DNA of 56,404 bases from Nemertoderma westbladi (GCA_032718475.1 JAUCBJ010006963.1:1-56404); one strand, 5' to 3'; shown: positions 1 to 13,700, counted from the stretch's first letter. A program made the numbers and translations. Notes: a model not told the origin generated them from the letters alone.

Positions 1-44
1 ATACCACACCGGAAAAATCGGGATCCCTCCTGGATCCCGTCACA
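1..44. mobile_element. Terminus of an unidentified element nested into the gag gene of the outer BEL copy (possible LTR end)
   Basis: Similarity to the intact gag copy (~13765) stops abruptly between 44 and 45. The foreign sequence ends in ...GTCACA (TGTGAC... on minus), typical of an LTR terminus, and contains a CGGGATCC/GGATCCCG inverted repeat. Confidence 0.5.
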
Positions 45-2145
45 GACACATTGTTACAGAGGGTGGCGGTATACCCTTTTGAGTATTTACTAATTTATCG
101 CGTTCTAGCGCGATACTTTGCTGCACTTCTTGCAACTCTAGCCTACTTTCCCTTACTGTGCCCTTGAATTGCTGGACAGTCTCCTGCATCTGCCCGAGCA
201 GGATATCCATCCCCCGCCGTCTCTCGTCCACCCATTCGACCGCCGAAGCGGGAGTCGCCAACGTTGTAGCGGGCGGACGAGGGACAACGGGCGACAAATT
301 ATGAATATTTCGCTCGGAGTCCAGGACCTGAACTGTCCCCTGGGCAGTTCTACGGGGCACAGGTAGCTTAGTGCTATGCAGAGGGAATTTAGAGGTAGTT
401 TCAGGGAGCACAGGTGTGTCTATCACCGAAGGGGTGATTTCAAGAACAGGCCTAATTATTTCAGGCTCATCTACTATAGTAGGGAGTCTTTTTATTTTAA
501 TTATTTGGTCTGTGGGCTCTGTACTACCTAAGTTGGTGCTATTTAGTTGCCTTCTAACAGCTGGAGGCAAATCAGGCAATTTCTGACGGTGGAATGTTCT
601 TTTACGTCTGCTTAGACGAGATCTATTTCCTTTGCCGTCAGTATCGGTGGTATCACCTTCCTCAGATGATGTATATCCCTGTCGTTTGGGAGTAGATCGA
701 TTCATCATCTGCATATTACTAGCTGTTAACTGTTTATTTATGCAGTCTTGATTCTCCTGAATGTTTTCCAATTCTAATTGGGTGGTTTCTTCAGTCGCTC
801 TCCGTTCGGCTTCTGCCACTGCCTCTGCTGTTGCCAGTGCCGCTTTTCTTTCCGCTTCGGCTTCTGCCTTTGCTGCTGCTACTGCCGCTTTTGCCTCTGC
901 CGCTGCCACTGCCGCTGCCGCTTTTGTTTCTGCTTCTGCAGCTGCCACTGCTGCTGCTACTGCCGCTGCCTTTCTGTCTTCTATACGTTTTTTCTTTACT
1001 TGTTCTTCCTGGACTCGTGTGATGCGGAGTTGTTCATCAAATTTAGCCTGATTCGCAGCCCTCATTTCCACATCGATGGCATCCAACACAAGCTTGGTTC
1101 CTTCACTATTAGGGCTAAGTCCCTCTAACCTTCTCCTCAACTCGTCATCACCTAAAAAACGCTGATAGTCTGACAGATAGATGTCAATGGCATCCCTCTT
1201 ATGTGGTTTCTCTGCCGTCGCTTCACTTTCCACTTGGGAAAAAGTGGCGTCTGTTGATTCTCCATGGGTTGATCGCTCCTCCAGCTGAGCTTTCCACTGA
1301 GCTGTTCCTTGAACCTGGAGATTCACCCTTTGAAACCAAGTCTTTACGGCAACTTGCAACGACGTGTCTTGCCTTCGTTTAGAAGCCTCCTCAAAGGCCG
1401 ATAATATTAGCCTGATTCGTAGAATTCTTTCTCTAACTTGATAAAGCAGCAATCCCTGCTCTTGAGGTCCTTGAGGTTGTTGAAACAGTTGTTCTTTTAA
1501 TCGCTCTATAGAGCTGAAGAATCCCTGTGCGTATCCGGCTGCGGACCTCTTCCACACAGCTGGATCGATGGTTTCCTTGGCTACTCCCATCCGGTGTATG
1601 TCTTCCCAGGCAGCTTCTGATAAATCAAACGGGAGTCCGGGTCCGGGGAAGTTCCATTGCGACTCGACAATAGACTTCAGTTCTTCACTCGTGTATCCCG
1701 CATAACTATCTCTAGTTGACCGTTGACTTCTCGCCCAATCGATCTGGTGTTCTTCCACCGCGATCAATAACCTAGTGAGTACGGCTGCAGGAAGGATGAG
1801 AAGGGGATCCGTATAAACCGCATCCGTCATCTCTGCTCCGCGCTCGGGTGTCAGCTCTACAGTATCCTCACTACTGGAGCTGCTGGGCCGCTGAGGAATA
1901 AGTTCTTGACTAGCGGGTTGTTGCTGTTCCGCTGCTTCTTGGTCCCGCTTGACCTGAGCTCGGGTGCCTATGATAGACCTACGATGTTGGACTAGCCTAG
2001 GTTCTGTTATTACTACTGGAGGGATGACCTTCCTCACAGTGGGAGGTGAACTGAACTTACGACCAGACGGTTGTACGTCTCTATCTGAGTCGCAGATAGT
2101 TACATCTAATAAACTGTCTGACAGGTTCTGCTTAGTATCAGACAT
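40..2145 (-). pseudogene. gag: Truncated BEL/Pao Gag N-terminal region (701 aa), interrupted by an insertion
   Basis: Near-identical to the first ~697 aa of the 2695-aa ORF. The stop codon comes from the foreign sequence at 1-44. Confidence 0.9.
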
Positions 2146-3197
2146 GACTATGTATACCGTTGAATGTCTACTGCTGTATTACAGTCTGAGTAAGTCTAGT
2201 AACTCAGTATTAACTGCTAGCCTAGTAATTAATTACCGGTACTGCTACTCAGTGTAGCGTGATATATAATATATTAGAATACCGGTATGCTTATAGTATA
2301 TATAACTATTATTACAGACTAGGTTTATCACCGAATACCGGTATAATTTTAGCACAAATATATATAAATATATAATAGGCCTATCGGGAATACCGGTACA
2401 GCTGACAGTTTGTAGTATATATATAAGTATAGTTATTAACTGAATTAATTTCAGAATACCGGTATGCTTTCAGCACAAATATAAATATTATAATAGGCCT
2501 ATCGTAAATACCGGTATATCAATTATTTTAGAATAATTGAATTTCTGAACTTTAGGGTTACTTGGTTACTTTAACTTACTTTATTACCGTTATTTAAGCA
2601 GTAGTCCACTGATATTGAGACCTAATTGTTATATGGTAGGCCTACTATTTATAAATCGCTAGATTTGATTTATAATATATATATATACCCGTTTTAATGG
2701 GTTTTGTCAATGTTTGAAATAAATGTTATTATTTCTGGGGAGTAATCACTACACAAAGCGGTGCGCTTTCAGTGAAGTGTTACTTATAGGACACTAAAAC
2801 AAATAATTCTAATTTACCTAAGTTACTTAATACTACAAATTACGTACAATTCGGGTGAGATTACAATCTCTAAATAAACACAAAAATTTACAAAAAACAC
2901 AAAATATTAATTTTTTAGGGTAATTTTACAAGAAGTCTACAAACCAGCCTAACAAAGGGTTAGAAATCTGGTTATTACAACGGACAGGGTACTACGGTAT
3001 TTGAAATAATAAGTAGTAGTAAATACACTGCGTTGTCCAGATAGGAAAATACCACCGCCTGACGACCTATAGCCGTATCGCTATAGGTTCTACGTTATGT
3101 ATCACGGAGTGTTCCTACCTAGAAGTTAATAGAGCTAATCGAACGTGCCTATTAATCACTTTACAACACAAATATAATGCCTACACTAATTACTTCG
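45..3197 (-). mobile_element. Outer BEL/Pao retrotransposon, left part (5' part of gag plus gag-proximal leader)
   Basis: Near-identical to 13765-17037, with SNPs and indels. Ends at TAATTACTTCG (3187-3197) and continues at 26728. Confidence 0.9.
3187..3197. repeat. Left copy of 11-bp insertion-site duplication TAATTACTTCG
   Basis: Identical 11-mer at 26728-26738. The uninterrupted leader (17027-17037) has it once, joined to both flanks. Confidence 0.85.
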
Positions 3198-3220
3198 ATA
3201 ATAACTTCATAACTTTGATA

Positions 3221-3502
3221 TGTTCGCGCTTTTAGACCTTTGGCAGTTTAACCCGCCAAATTAAGATGTCTTCTAGATATTAAATCGCTTTTTAGCCTGT
3301 GACAAGTATTTGATTCACTACACTAGTCGAAACCAATCTGTGCGCGATCATTCACCCGCTGGATATTCCCGGGAGATTGGGTTCGACGGCTTAATTTTTA
3401 TTGCTATGTAAGCCTAATGTATTATTCGACTGACAGTATTATTTACTTCCGGAGATGAACTTTAAGGGAAAATAACCGGCTAATTACGCAAAAGCTTTTA
3501 CA
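3221..3502 (-). repeat. Internally deleted mini-LTR (282 bp) with both termini intact
   Basis: Starts TGTTCGCGC and ends AAAAGCTTTTACA like the full LTRs but lacks ~920 bp of the middle. Abuts the next LTR exactly (ACA|TGT at 3502/3503). Confidence 0.9.
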
Positions 3503-4706
3503 TGTTCGCGCTTTCAGACCTTTGGCAGTTTAACCCGCCAAATTAGGATGTCTTCTAGATAATAAATCACCTTTTAGTCTATGACAAGTATTTGATTCAC
3601 TACACTAGTCGAAACCAATCTGTGCGCGATCATTCACCCGCTGGATATTCCCGGGAGATTGGGTTCGACGGTTTAATTTTATTGCTATGTAAGCCTAATG
3701 TATTATTCGACTGACAGTATTATATAATCTCTGACAATATTATTCACCTTCGGGAATATTAACAGTTCCTTTAGGACGTGGCGCTTTATCTATATAAACA
3801 GAGTTATGACTTAAACTACTCACAACGATATGGCTCAATTATAATTCACATATATGGCGCATTCTTTAGGAATTGCTTCTTTAACAGACTCACTCATACA
3901 CAATGCTGCACAATACTGCACACTAATCTGCCAATCTTCACTGATTTTAGTCACATATAAAAGGAACACAGACTGACTCATGTAGGGTCTATCAAATAAC
4001 ATTAGATTCACTTCAAACCACTTTAACATAAGTCACAATCGTTATTGGTAACCTTTCTCTCTTACCTTCGGTATATCAAGAATATTGGGTTTTCGGGGTT
4101 ATTTCTCGTTATTCCAATATAATAATTCATCAACCCATATAATGAATAACCGACAACAAATAACAGTATACAGTATCGATTGAGCAGGTAATTTTAGCAG
4201 TTTCAGCAGTTATTAAAAGCCGTGTGTCAGCAGTCAGTGTATTCCCAGATCAGTTAAAGGATATATGTCCTTATAATTAAACCTACTAGTGTAAGACTAA
4301 AAACTGAAAACACGGAGGTGCCAAAAGCCGGTTCTTAGGCTCTAGGCAAAAACATAACACTGAACTACTGAGTTTCTGTATATACCTCCAACACAGAGAC
4401 AACAAACGCTCGGATTGGTCAACCTGAACAACGAGAGAACAAAGAAACAAAGAAACGTCGACGTGGCAATATCAGCTGCTAGCCGTCGTCATGGTAGCGA
4501 CACTGTTTTCAAAGTATCCAGCTATTGCGTCACGAGATTGTGGATTATGTCCTCTAAAGTACAAATACAGTACAAATACATAAGAAATGACTTTTATGTC
4601 CTCTAAAACACCAGTACAGCAAGGACACGGCCTTTTTATGCCTGGCAAACCAACTACAGAGTACTTTAAGGGAAAATAACCGGCTAATTACGCAAAAGCT
4701 TTTACA
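3503..4706 (-). repeat. 3' LTR of the full-length element (1204 bp)
   Basis: Direct repeat of 18238-19440 and 19466-20669. Minus strand reads TGTAAAAGC...GCGCGAACA; AATAAA on minus at ~3678-3683. Confidence 0.95.
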
Positions 4707-4714
4707 CCGCTCCC
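4707..4714 (-). other. Short polypurine tract (GGGAGCGG) abutting the 3' LTR
   Basis: Minus strand ...CTGGGAGCGG|TGTAAAAGC; same arrangement at 20670-20677. Confidence 0.75.
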
Positions 4715-6932
4715 AGAAAATGGGATTTAAGTCTATAAAATATAACAAATCACAGTTTCTAAAATATAAAGATACTCTAAACAGTTAGCCTTTCTTACGC
4801 AGACGGCGTTTACGCAGTTTTTTGAGGCTAGCAAGAGTCCTTTTCTCTTTGGGGGGAGCCACTTTTCTAGGAGGGCCACAACTCCTGGGTGAAGGGTGCA
4901 ATATGATTGCATTAAAAGGTTTGGGTTTACGGTCGGTGTCTCGTCCATTTCGATATGCTTCTCCTCGAGCTGATTTTCCTCCGCTTGTCATGGGATACGT
5001 TCGTCCAAAACTCTCGCAGAGAATAGGGTTTTCTAAGCTTGATATCTTCTTTGAGATTCGAGGTTTCCCAATCGAACTGAGATAAGGCCAATTCGTTTAT
5101 CGATTGGACTTACTGTTATAACTTACGTTTATCTGAACAAACGCAGGTTTCTTTTTTGATCTTTATAGAATAGCGTTTAACTCGTTTCGTACAACGCTCT
5201 CCTTCACCTTGATGAAGGGTTGTATCGCGTTAAACGGGACGACCATACGGTTGGATAGTGATATTAGGTGTCTGCGTCATAATCCAGCTAGGTAAGATGG
5301 GCGGCTAGCTAGAAATCACTGTCGGAGTGTTACCGATTAATTGTTAGGGTAGCACTAGATCTTGAACAGTGAATACCGTCCGCGAGGATCCGCGACACCA
5401 CCAGGATCGCAGGTCTGAGGTCCAACTAAGGAATGAGGAGGTTTGACCGAGTATTCCGGGACTCTGATCGTAGGTTTACTCCAGGATCGTTCGAGCCGAG
5501 TGAGCATAGGTGATACGTCAAACAAATTTCGCTCGAACTCCAGTAAATATAACGAGCACAACTGTGTTTAACACAACGTTTCCGTGGATGTTTATGTCTT
5601 TCCGTTTATTGGCTGGGTCTAGGACATTTATCGTAATAATACCAAAGACGCACGTCTGATAGGGGAAACGCGGGTGATATTTATTTGTTGTTACAATGCT
5701 TCTATCAAGAATTCCAAATATACGTTGGAGTTACCGCGTCCATTTGTTTCTTTAGTGTCTTTTCTTTCGAGTCGATTTCGAATAGAATTTTCGCATTCGA
5801 ATTTCAGTTTATGGTTCCGACTCCGCTGGGCAGGATATATAGTCGACATAGTCCGTATTGTGTAAATCGATAGGATGGCCAGTAGTTAAGAAGCCCATAT
5901 ACGTACCATTACGCTGCGTATATCGAGCAGCGAATTTTCTATAGTCCAACTCACGCGTGAGCTGCTCTTGGGACATTGGCGGTTCGATATAACGACCATC
6001 GTCCTCCGCAGCAGTTGGACTAACGTCGCCGCGTATTAAGCTATCAACAAACGCTTGTAAAAGTAGGGTATATCGCTCCCCGATACCAAGACCATCTTCT
6101 ATCAACTCCGTCTAATCTGCTATATATGAGTTTATCCATATTATAATGAGTCCACATTTAGGCGAGCGGGCGTCGCTGCCTACTCCAATTAACCCCCGGA
6201 CAGTACGAGATCCTCAGCGCCGATGTGTTGTCGCCGCCGTACTTTCGCCAACGACGTAGCCGCACAACGACAACGACAACCGGCACAAGTCACTCGACTG
6301 TCCATCCCAAAGGCTTAGATGTACTTCAGGTTTTCCTTGGAGAGTTAGGTTACTTTTACGATTGCGACTAGCTACTGTAAACACACTTTAGCAGTAACAT
6401 TCACCTAACCTATAAACTCACAAATACCACACAACTGGTCACAACTACGCACATTCGGGCCATTTGTCCGTTAGTCAATGCCTTCCAGAATGTCACTGTA
6501 TTATTATGTATCCTTGGATACTAGTAGTGCGCTATTTATTCCCTATGCTATTCAATGGGACAAGTTTTCTATAGTTCTTTTAACTCAATTCTAATTCTAG
6601 CGTGGTTGTTGCTATGGTGACATTATGCAAAGCTAGCGGTAGAATTAGGGTGATTCCAATGCATACAGATCTGGGATGTTATTTAATAGTATTCTTTAAT
6701 AGTCAATGTTCTGTTTTATACATGACTTTATGAATTTTATCGGCTATTGACTATGTTTGGGAGACTTTCGCACACTCATATGCATAATAAGATAAATCTC
6801 CGCTCCCTTGATCTATTAATTAATGGAATTTTGGGAACTTTATAAATTGCGTAAAAATGGCAATTTATTAAATTCATTAAAAGACATGAATTTAAATTTA
6901 TTCCCTGAAATTTTATTATTTGATAATTAAAT

Positions 6933-7255
6933 GGACATATTTTGATTCTAGAACATGTCTAGGGACACAAGATCCTTAATTCTATGACAATTGTCTTTTT
7001 TAAGAATATCGGTAAATGCTACGATATCTTAATTGACTAGAATTGTTGAAGGATCTGAATTTTACAGATTTTGATTTATTAGATTTGCAAATATTAAATA
7101 ATTAATATTTGAGATGGGCACCGATTTATTCCAGAACTTGTCTGGGGACGTTAACCACTGATTCTATAATTTGTCTTTCAAGTATATCGGTGGGTGCCAC
7201 GATATCTTAATCGACTAGAATTACAGATGGTCAAAGGGTTTAACAGATTTATTTT
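6933..7255. repeat. Degenerate ~183-bp tandem duplication in the long 3' region
   Basis: CTAGAACATGTCTAGGGAC (6948) matches CCAGAACTTGTCTGGGGAC (7131); both units contain ACGATATCTTAATYGACTAGAATT. Confidence 0.7.
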
Positions 7256-7766
7256 GCGTTATACGCTACTGTTAAAGGGACATCACGCTACTATATGTAT
7301 TATTTAATATACGGTATGAGAGCAATATCGCACGAAGCAATGTCAGTGTGAAGAGGCAAGTCGTTTCCAAGGTCTACCCAGAGCTTGGTTTAGCCGAGAC
7401 ACGAGGATCTGAACTTTGCATTCCTAATACTCTGCCTACCAATAATACTTAAATATAGTAGTGGCTTTATTGTACTTTAATAAGTACGGACATTTCATCT
7501 TACTGTAGTTACGTATTTATAATATAATACGGACAGTAAGGAAAGAGAAAAATAATTATTTCTTCGCCGTCTCACTAAATATAATATAAGTAATTACGTA
7601 CGTAATAAACACGAATATATCGCACTATTCTACAAAATAATCGCTAAATAATATTCTACTAAATTAAATAAAACGATTATAATAAAATTACATAGTAATA
7701 CATACATAAATATAAAAATAATAAAATAATATAAATAATAGAGTCACACGCCCACTCCGAACGATA

Positions 7767-10700
7767 TTAAGTTGGGGAGTCCCTAGATGTCGGTTGGATT
7801 AGGGAAGTGGTCGTGGGAAGAGTTTCTTGCCTTCCATAGTTTCCGGAGAGCTCTCTGTCTCTTTCTAGTAAACATAAACGACCCACTGGGCGATTGAGCT
7901 GTTGAGTCTCAAAGACTATCCCTGGTTTCTTAAAGTTCCGCCGCATGACGACGAGCTCTACTGATCGCACCAAACCATCGCTCGAGATATAAGTCTCGAT
8001 GATACGTCCCGTTTGCCATCGCTTACGTGGGAGATCGGGGTCCACAATAAGCACCATGTCTCCAGCGCTGACGTTTTCTTGCTGCGCAAACCACTTAGTT
8101 CGAAGTTGTAGAGTGGGCAGGTAATGTTTCTCGAAATGGTCAGCGAAACGACGGGATAGCAACTGCATAAGTTGCCAGGTTCGACGGCAGTACTCGTCTC
8201 CGTCTGTGATCTCCGATCGTGGGAGCATGGCTACGGGTTTCTTCAGTAGAAAGTGCGCGGGTGTTAGCGCTTCCAGGGAATCAGGATTTGAAGAGACTGG
8301 CATAAGCGGTCTTTCGTTGAGATAGGCGGCGATTTCCTCCATTAACGTCCGCAATAGTTCGTCGGTGAGATAAGCGCGACAAGGCACAATAAAGTGGAAC
8401 GCAGTCTTCACGCTCCTAATCAATCTCTCCCAACTTCCTCCCCACCAAGGGGCGTCGGCGGCGTTGAAGGTCCAGCTAGACGCTGTTATCCTTAGCTGAT
8501 CGTCCACCTGTCTTTTATTCCAGTCCTTTACGTAAGCTTGAATTTCGTTGTTGGCGCCAATGAAGTTCGTTCCCTTATCCGATCTCATCGTGTTACTGGT
8601 TCCGAAGCGAGCGATCTGTCGTCGTAAACTCAACACGAAGCTGTTGGTGGATAGATCGTTTACCATATCGAGATGAATGGCTCTACAAGTCATACAAACG
8701 AAGATGACACACCATCTCTTGACTATAGTCCGGGCACGATATACTTCAATAGGGCCAAATAAATCCACACCGGTATTAGTAAAGGGTGGTTCATAGAAGC
8801 TTACTCTTTCCCTAGGTAATTCTGCCTCTCGCTGCGTTAAAGGCCTACTGAATGCTTTCCTACAGGGTATGCAGTTCCTAAGAACTTGGTTCAGAGCCCT
8901 ACGGGGTTTATAAAAATAGTAGCGAGTTCGAATTTCGCTCAGAACTCGTTCTCTACCAGCATGGTACAGTTTGCTATGAACATCTACAATTATCTTGATT
9001 TGTATGTCAAGATTTCTAATGAGGATGGGAAACTTAGTGTCAAAGGATAATGGGGCGTTGGTAAGCCGGCCTCCAACACGTATTAACCCATCTATCATGG
9101 TACTAGAGAAGCGATCCCTTAAGCGCATCTGTGGATTTCTTAACAACAGGAAATACTTATCGGAATCCTCATAGCATTGTAGGAGTCTCAGCATCTGTTT
9201 GTTGGTTTCATCATGCTCCTGGTAACTGATCTTCTCCTTTAGAAACCTGTCGGATACCTTGTATTGGGGAAGATCTTTAACAACATGGACTCGTGCAGAT
9301 GTTGATGGAGCATCATCACTATGGGTCTTTGTCCCGGAGTAACGATGATGAAAACATCGTTTTAAATAGGTGACGGCTTTACAGAGCCGATTCCAGGAAC
9401 TGTAGTGACGTATCGCTCTCTGCAAGAGAGGTGAGAGTCCTTGCGTGATATCTGGTATTCCAGATTTCCAATCCTTGTCACGGATTTCCAAGACTTCTTT
9501 CGTCGTGGCGGTGGGTTTCTGATCCAAAGCATCATCTCCGGAAGTAAATAATACAGATAGATCAACCGCAGGTTTAAACAACTTCGATTTACTCGCTCGA
9601 GTTTTGGGTTTAACTTTCTCCGCTCCCTTGGCCTGTCTGATCTCTGCTGTTGTGAGATGAGGAGGCCATTCTTCTTCTTCCCTGTAGAGAAAGTCGGGTC
9701 CTCCTAACCATTCGGGAGTATTTACCAATTCCTTTGGAGTCGCTCCTCGGGACGCGATGTCTGCTGGATTAATCGTTCCGGGGCAATGTCTCCATTGGTC
9801 CATCGTCGTGCGACTAAGTATGATGGCTACCCTGTTGGTAACGAAGACGCTGAACTGACAGACTTCATTGGTTATATACTCTAACACGAGTAAAGCGTCG
9901 GTCCAATAGACAGTTTTCTCTAATGGATAGTCAATCTGTTCGGTTACATTCCGGCCGATGGCTGTAGCGTATAGAGCCGCTTTTAACTCCGCTCGAGGAA
10001 CTTTCAACTTGTTGTTGATTAATGCCTTAGAAGTAACCAAGGCGACTTTGATTCCATCCGGAGTTTCCAGTCTTAGGTAGGCTACTATACCGATTCCCAT
10101 ATCGCTGGCGTCTCCAAACACATGGAGTTGATAGGAATACGTAGGGAGAACATGACCAAAATATGAACGGGAAATTATAAAATTCTCGATAGCTGGCAGA
10201 GAATCTTCCCATTTCATCCACTTCTTCAATAATTCTCCCTTAAGTGGATCGTCCCATGAGTGGTTTTCAAGCCACATTTGTTGTACCAAACTACGAGCAA
10301 TCAATATAACTGGGCTAATAAATCCCAATGGATCGAAATAAGTGCTCAGTATACTTAAGCAAATCCGTTTGGTTCGAACTGGATTATCTCGCTGTTTTAG
10401 CTGGAAAAACAGGATATCTCGCTCTGTGTCCCATTTCAAGCCGAGTGTCTTGGTTTCTGGCAGATCATCTTTGCTCAAATCTAGATCTTTCGCCCCTCGA
10501 TCTTCCGCAGGGATCGACTCCAGAAACTCACGGGAGTTGCTGGTGAATTTGGTTAATCGAAATCCACCTCTTTTTAAGCACTCTACCGTTCCCTTAGCGA
10601 CCTCAATGGCTTCCTCAACTGATGGGAGGGACTTCAGATTGTCGTCCATGTATATGTCTCTCTTGATGTTGTCGATCACTTCCTTAGAGAAGGCCTCTCG

Positions 10701-13700
10701 GTTGTCCTCTGCAGTGGTACGCACTACCGAACAGGCGTTGGAAGGGGTTGAGATTATCCCGAAGGCCTGGATGGTCATCCAGTACTCCACCTGTTTCTGG
10801 TTGAGATCTCCTTCGGGCCACCACAGAAATCGTAGACTATCTCGATCCCTATCTAGCACCTTGACTTGTAAGAACATGCCTTCTATATCGGAGGCGAAAG
10901 CAATCGAATATTGTCTCAATCTTAAAAGAATTCCCAACAAAGATTGAAGCAAGTTGGGTCCGGGTAACAATTCAGAGTTAAGGGATTGACCCATGTAAAG
11001 AGCGGAGCCATCAAACACTACTCTCACTTCGTGTGGTTTACCGGGTTTAGGAACGTAATGGTGAGTTAAGTAATACGTTCTTTCAGTCACAGGTGTTTCT
11101 TCCGGTACTCTCTCCGCGTATCCCTTACTAATAAATTTTTCCAGCTGTGTTTGATACATTGCTTTAGCTGAAGAATTAGCCGTAAGGCGTCGATGGAGTT
11201 GCGCGATTCTTTTTTCCGCCAAAGGTCTGTTATTGATGAACTTCGGTTCTCTCTTGCGAAAAGGTAAACCGACTTCGTACCTTCCTTGATCTTTGAGGAA
11301 ACGTGTAGTCGTCTCTTGGATCTGCTTGGCCCTTTCCTCTTCCACCGACAAGGCTTTATCGTAGGAATTGGGCTCTACCGCCTCTTGCGTAAAGAATCGT
11401 ACAGCATGTTCATCTCGAGTCTTGGCATTGCAACGCTCAATGACGTCATTTAACTCGTCGTTATAAGCTTCTCGTTCAGATGGATAGAGAAGTTGACATA
11501 AGTTAACTTGGTTTTGCCAAGCCTCATTTTCCTTAAGGAGATCGATGGTATTCTCCTCATCAAAAAGCTGGTGAACGTCGTCGTTATCTGAGGAGTATGG
11601 AATTCCCTCAGTTGAATCGTCTCCCTCACTAGCATCATCTTCCCATTCACTCACCTGGCAGACTCTCTCTTGCGGTAGTCTTTCTCTGAGTGTTCTACGG
11701 GAAGGGCCAGTAAAGTACCAACCTACTCTAGTTCTTACCGCATATGTCTGTAGGGGCTGCGGTTGAGCAGGCCGTTTCTCTAATGTCTCCAGCGCCTCAT
11801 GCGCGTTTTGGCCGATGAGTATTTGTACTCCAGGATAATCAGTCTGGAATCGAGGTATGTTAAGATGTTGGATGCTCTCATCCTCGTCCCAATTATAAAG
11901 GTCTGCTTGAGTAGTAGCGAAGTTCTTTATAGCCACCATTTTCACTGACCTTATGCTATGTTCTCCTAGTTCGTCCTGGGGGGTGGACAACGCTCCTACA
12001 TAATAATCCGCTGTGATTGTAGATTTCCAAACTTGCATTATGCCAGACATGTTGAGCTTAGTTTGGAACTTGAGTTGTCCAGCAAATATATCTTCGGCTA
12101 GCTCTTTGTCGATGAATGTTCCTGTACTACCGGAGTCAAGGAGGGCGTTCACTACATAACTCCTCTTAGGTCCGTGAACCCTCACTTGCACCACAGGAAA
12201 CTCTCGGATCCCTACATTGGAAGATGGCTCTTTCCAAGATGGTTGTCGCTCAGAAGTAGTTAGAGTGAAGTCGTTGTCTGTATCCTTTTCATAGGTGAGC
12301 GCTCGATACACTGCGGTATTTATCATGTAACAGGATTCGTTTTCGTCGGAGAACTCGTCTGTGTAGAATCCTTCCATCTCAGATTGATCAGTGTCGTTCA
12401 CATCACTGAATTGGACATGTAGCTCGGAATCACTTACCTGATTCGGACTATTTCGATCGAATTCAGCGTGCAACAAGATATGATGTTTCGCACCACACTT
12501 TGCACACCTTATGTCAGAGAAACAGGTTCGCCGTTGGTGTCCTTGTCTGAGGCAATTATAACATAACCGCTTATCCCACATGACTTCGCGTCTCTCCGTT
12601 AATGATTTCTTTAGAAATTCATCACACCTATTCAAATGGTGGATCCCGTCACACAGAGCACATTTTGGTTTGATGTTACTTACCTTATTTTGAGTCACAT
12701 TGTGTACACTTGCCCTTTCTTCGGGCTTTCTCACCGGAATTCTCTTGGGAGACGTAGGAGGAGTTTTTCTTACCTGTTCTCTCCTGTCATTTGATCGAGA
12801 CTTGAATTTACTCACCTGATCTTTAGGAATTTTATTTACGTAATAAGATCTCTCAGTGTCTTTCCCGCTATCTTCTCCTTGAGAAGTCTGGCTTTCGCCG
12901 TCGTCTGTATAACACACTGGTGTTACCTTTCTCCTAGAGACGGGTTTTTCACTTACCTTGCTTTCCGGTGTCTTCTCCCTAGACAGTTTCAGGAGCTGTA
13001 ATTTCACTTCTCCATCTAGGAATGACATGAGATCAGCCATGGTAGGGTCTCGTCGTTGTTGTTCCATCATATATAACACTTTCTTATCCCAGCGTGTACC
13101 TACTCCACCTTTCGGTAAAGTAGAAGCCAGTGCTCTAATAACCATAGTGTTCTGATACTCATGAGACTTACCTAGCCAATCTAATTGTCTGCAGATCTCC
13201 TGGATCTCATCGGAAAACTCGATAATTCCGCTACTAATAAACTTTCGGGGCGCTACTAATTTTGCATACAAGTACCCAGCGATATTATTCCTATTACCAT
13301 ACCTGATGTTTAATGTATCCCAAACTTGTCTTAATCCGTCTGGATGTCCAATAAACTTTAACGCCATTAACTTGGGAGATCCTTCCAAGCACTCGATGAG
13401 GTATCTAAGTTTTTCTCCATTAGATAGTACAGAGTTCTGTATGTTATCTTTGTAATATTCATTAAAAGGTAACCATTTCATCTCATCTCCATTGAACTTG
13501 ACGATCTCTCCCACCTTTACCGCTTGCCGGGCTTCGGTTCTAGCCATTTGACGCGTAAAACTTTCTTGGGCCATCGTGTTATTTAATATCGAGTTATCGG
13601 TATATAAATTTCTCGGATTATGATCAGGTCTATAGGGAATGTCATTATCAACAGGTCTATAATTACCCTTAATAGGGTTCACTATAGGAGTTTCTACTTC

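Noticed and set aside
169-2257. Plus-strand short ORFs, including Cys-rich and Leu/Pro-rich ones (also at 13620-15966 and 10342-10947)
   Set aside because: Antisense shadows of gag-pol, notably of the GCN alanine repeat; no independent coding evidence.
3778-4606. Recurrent 60-64-aa ORFs in the LTRs
   Set aside because: They recur only because the LTR is repeated; most use non-ATG starts and show no motifs.
4707-7766. env gene
   Set aside because: No long ORF, signal peptide or transmembrane segment is visible in the ORF track.
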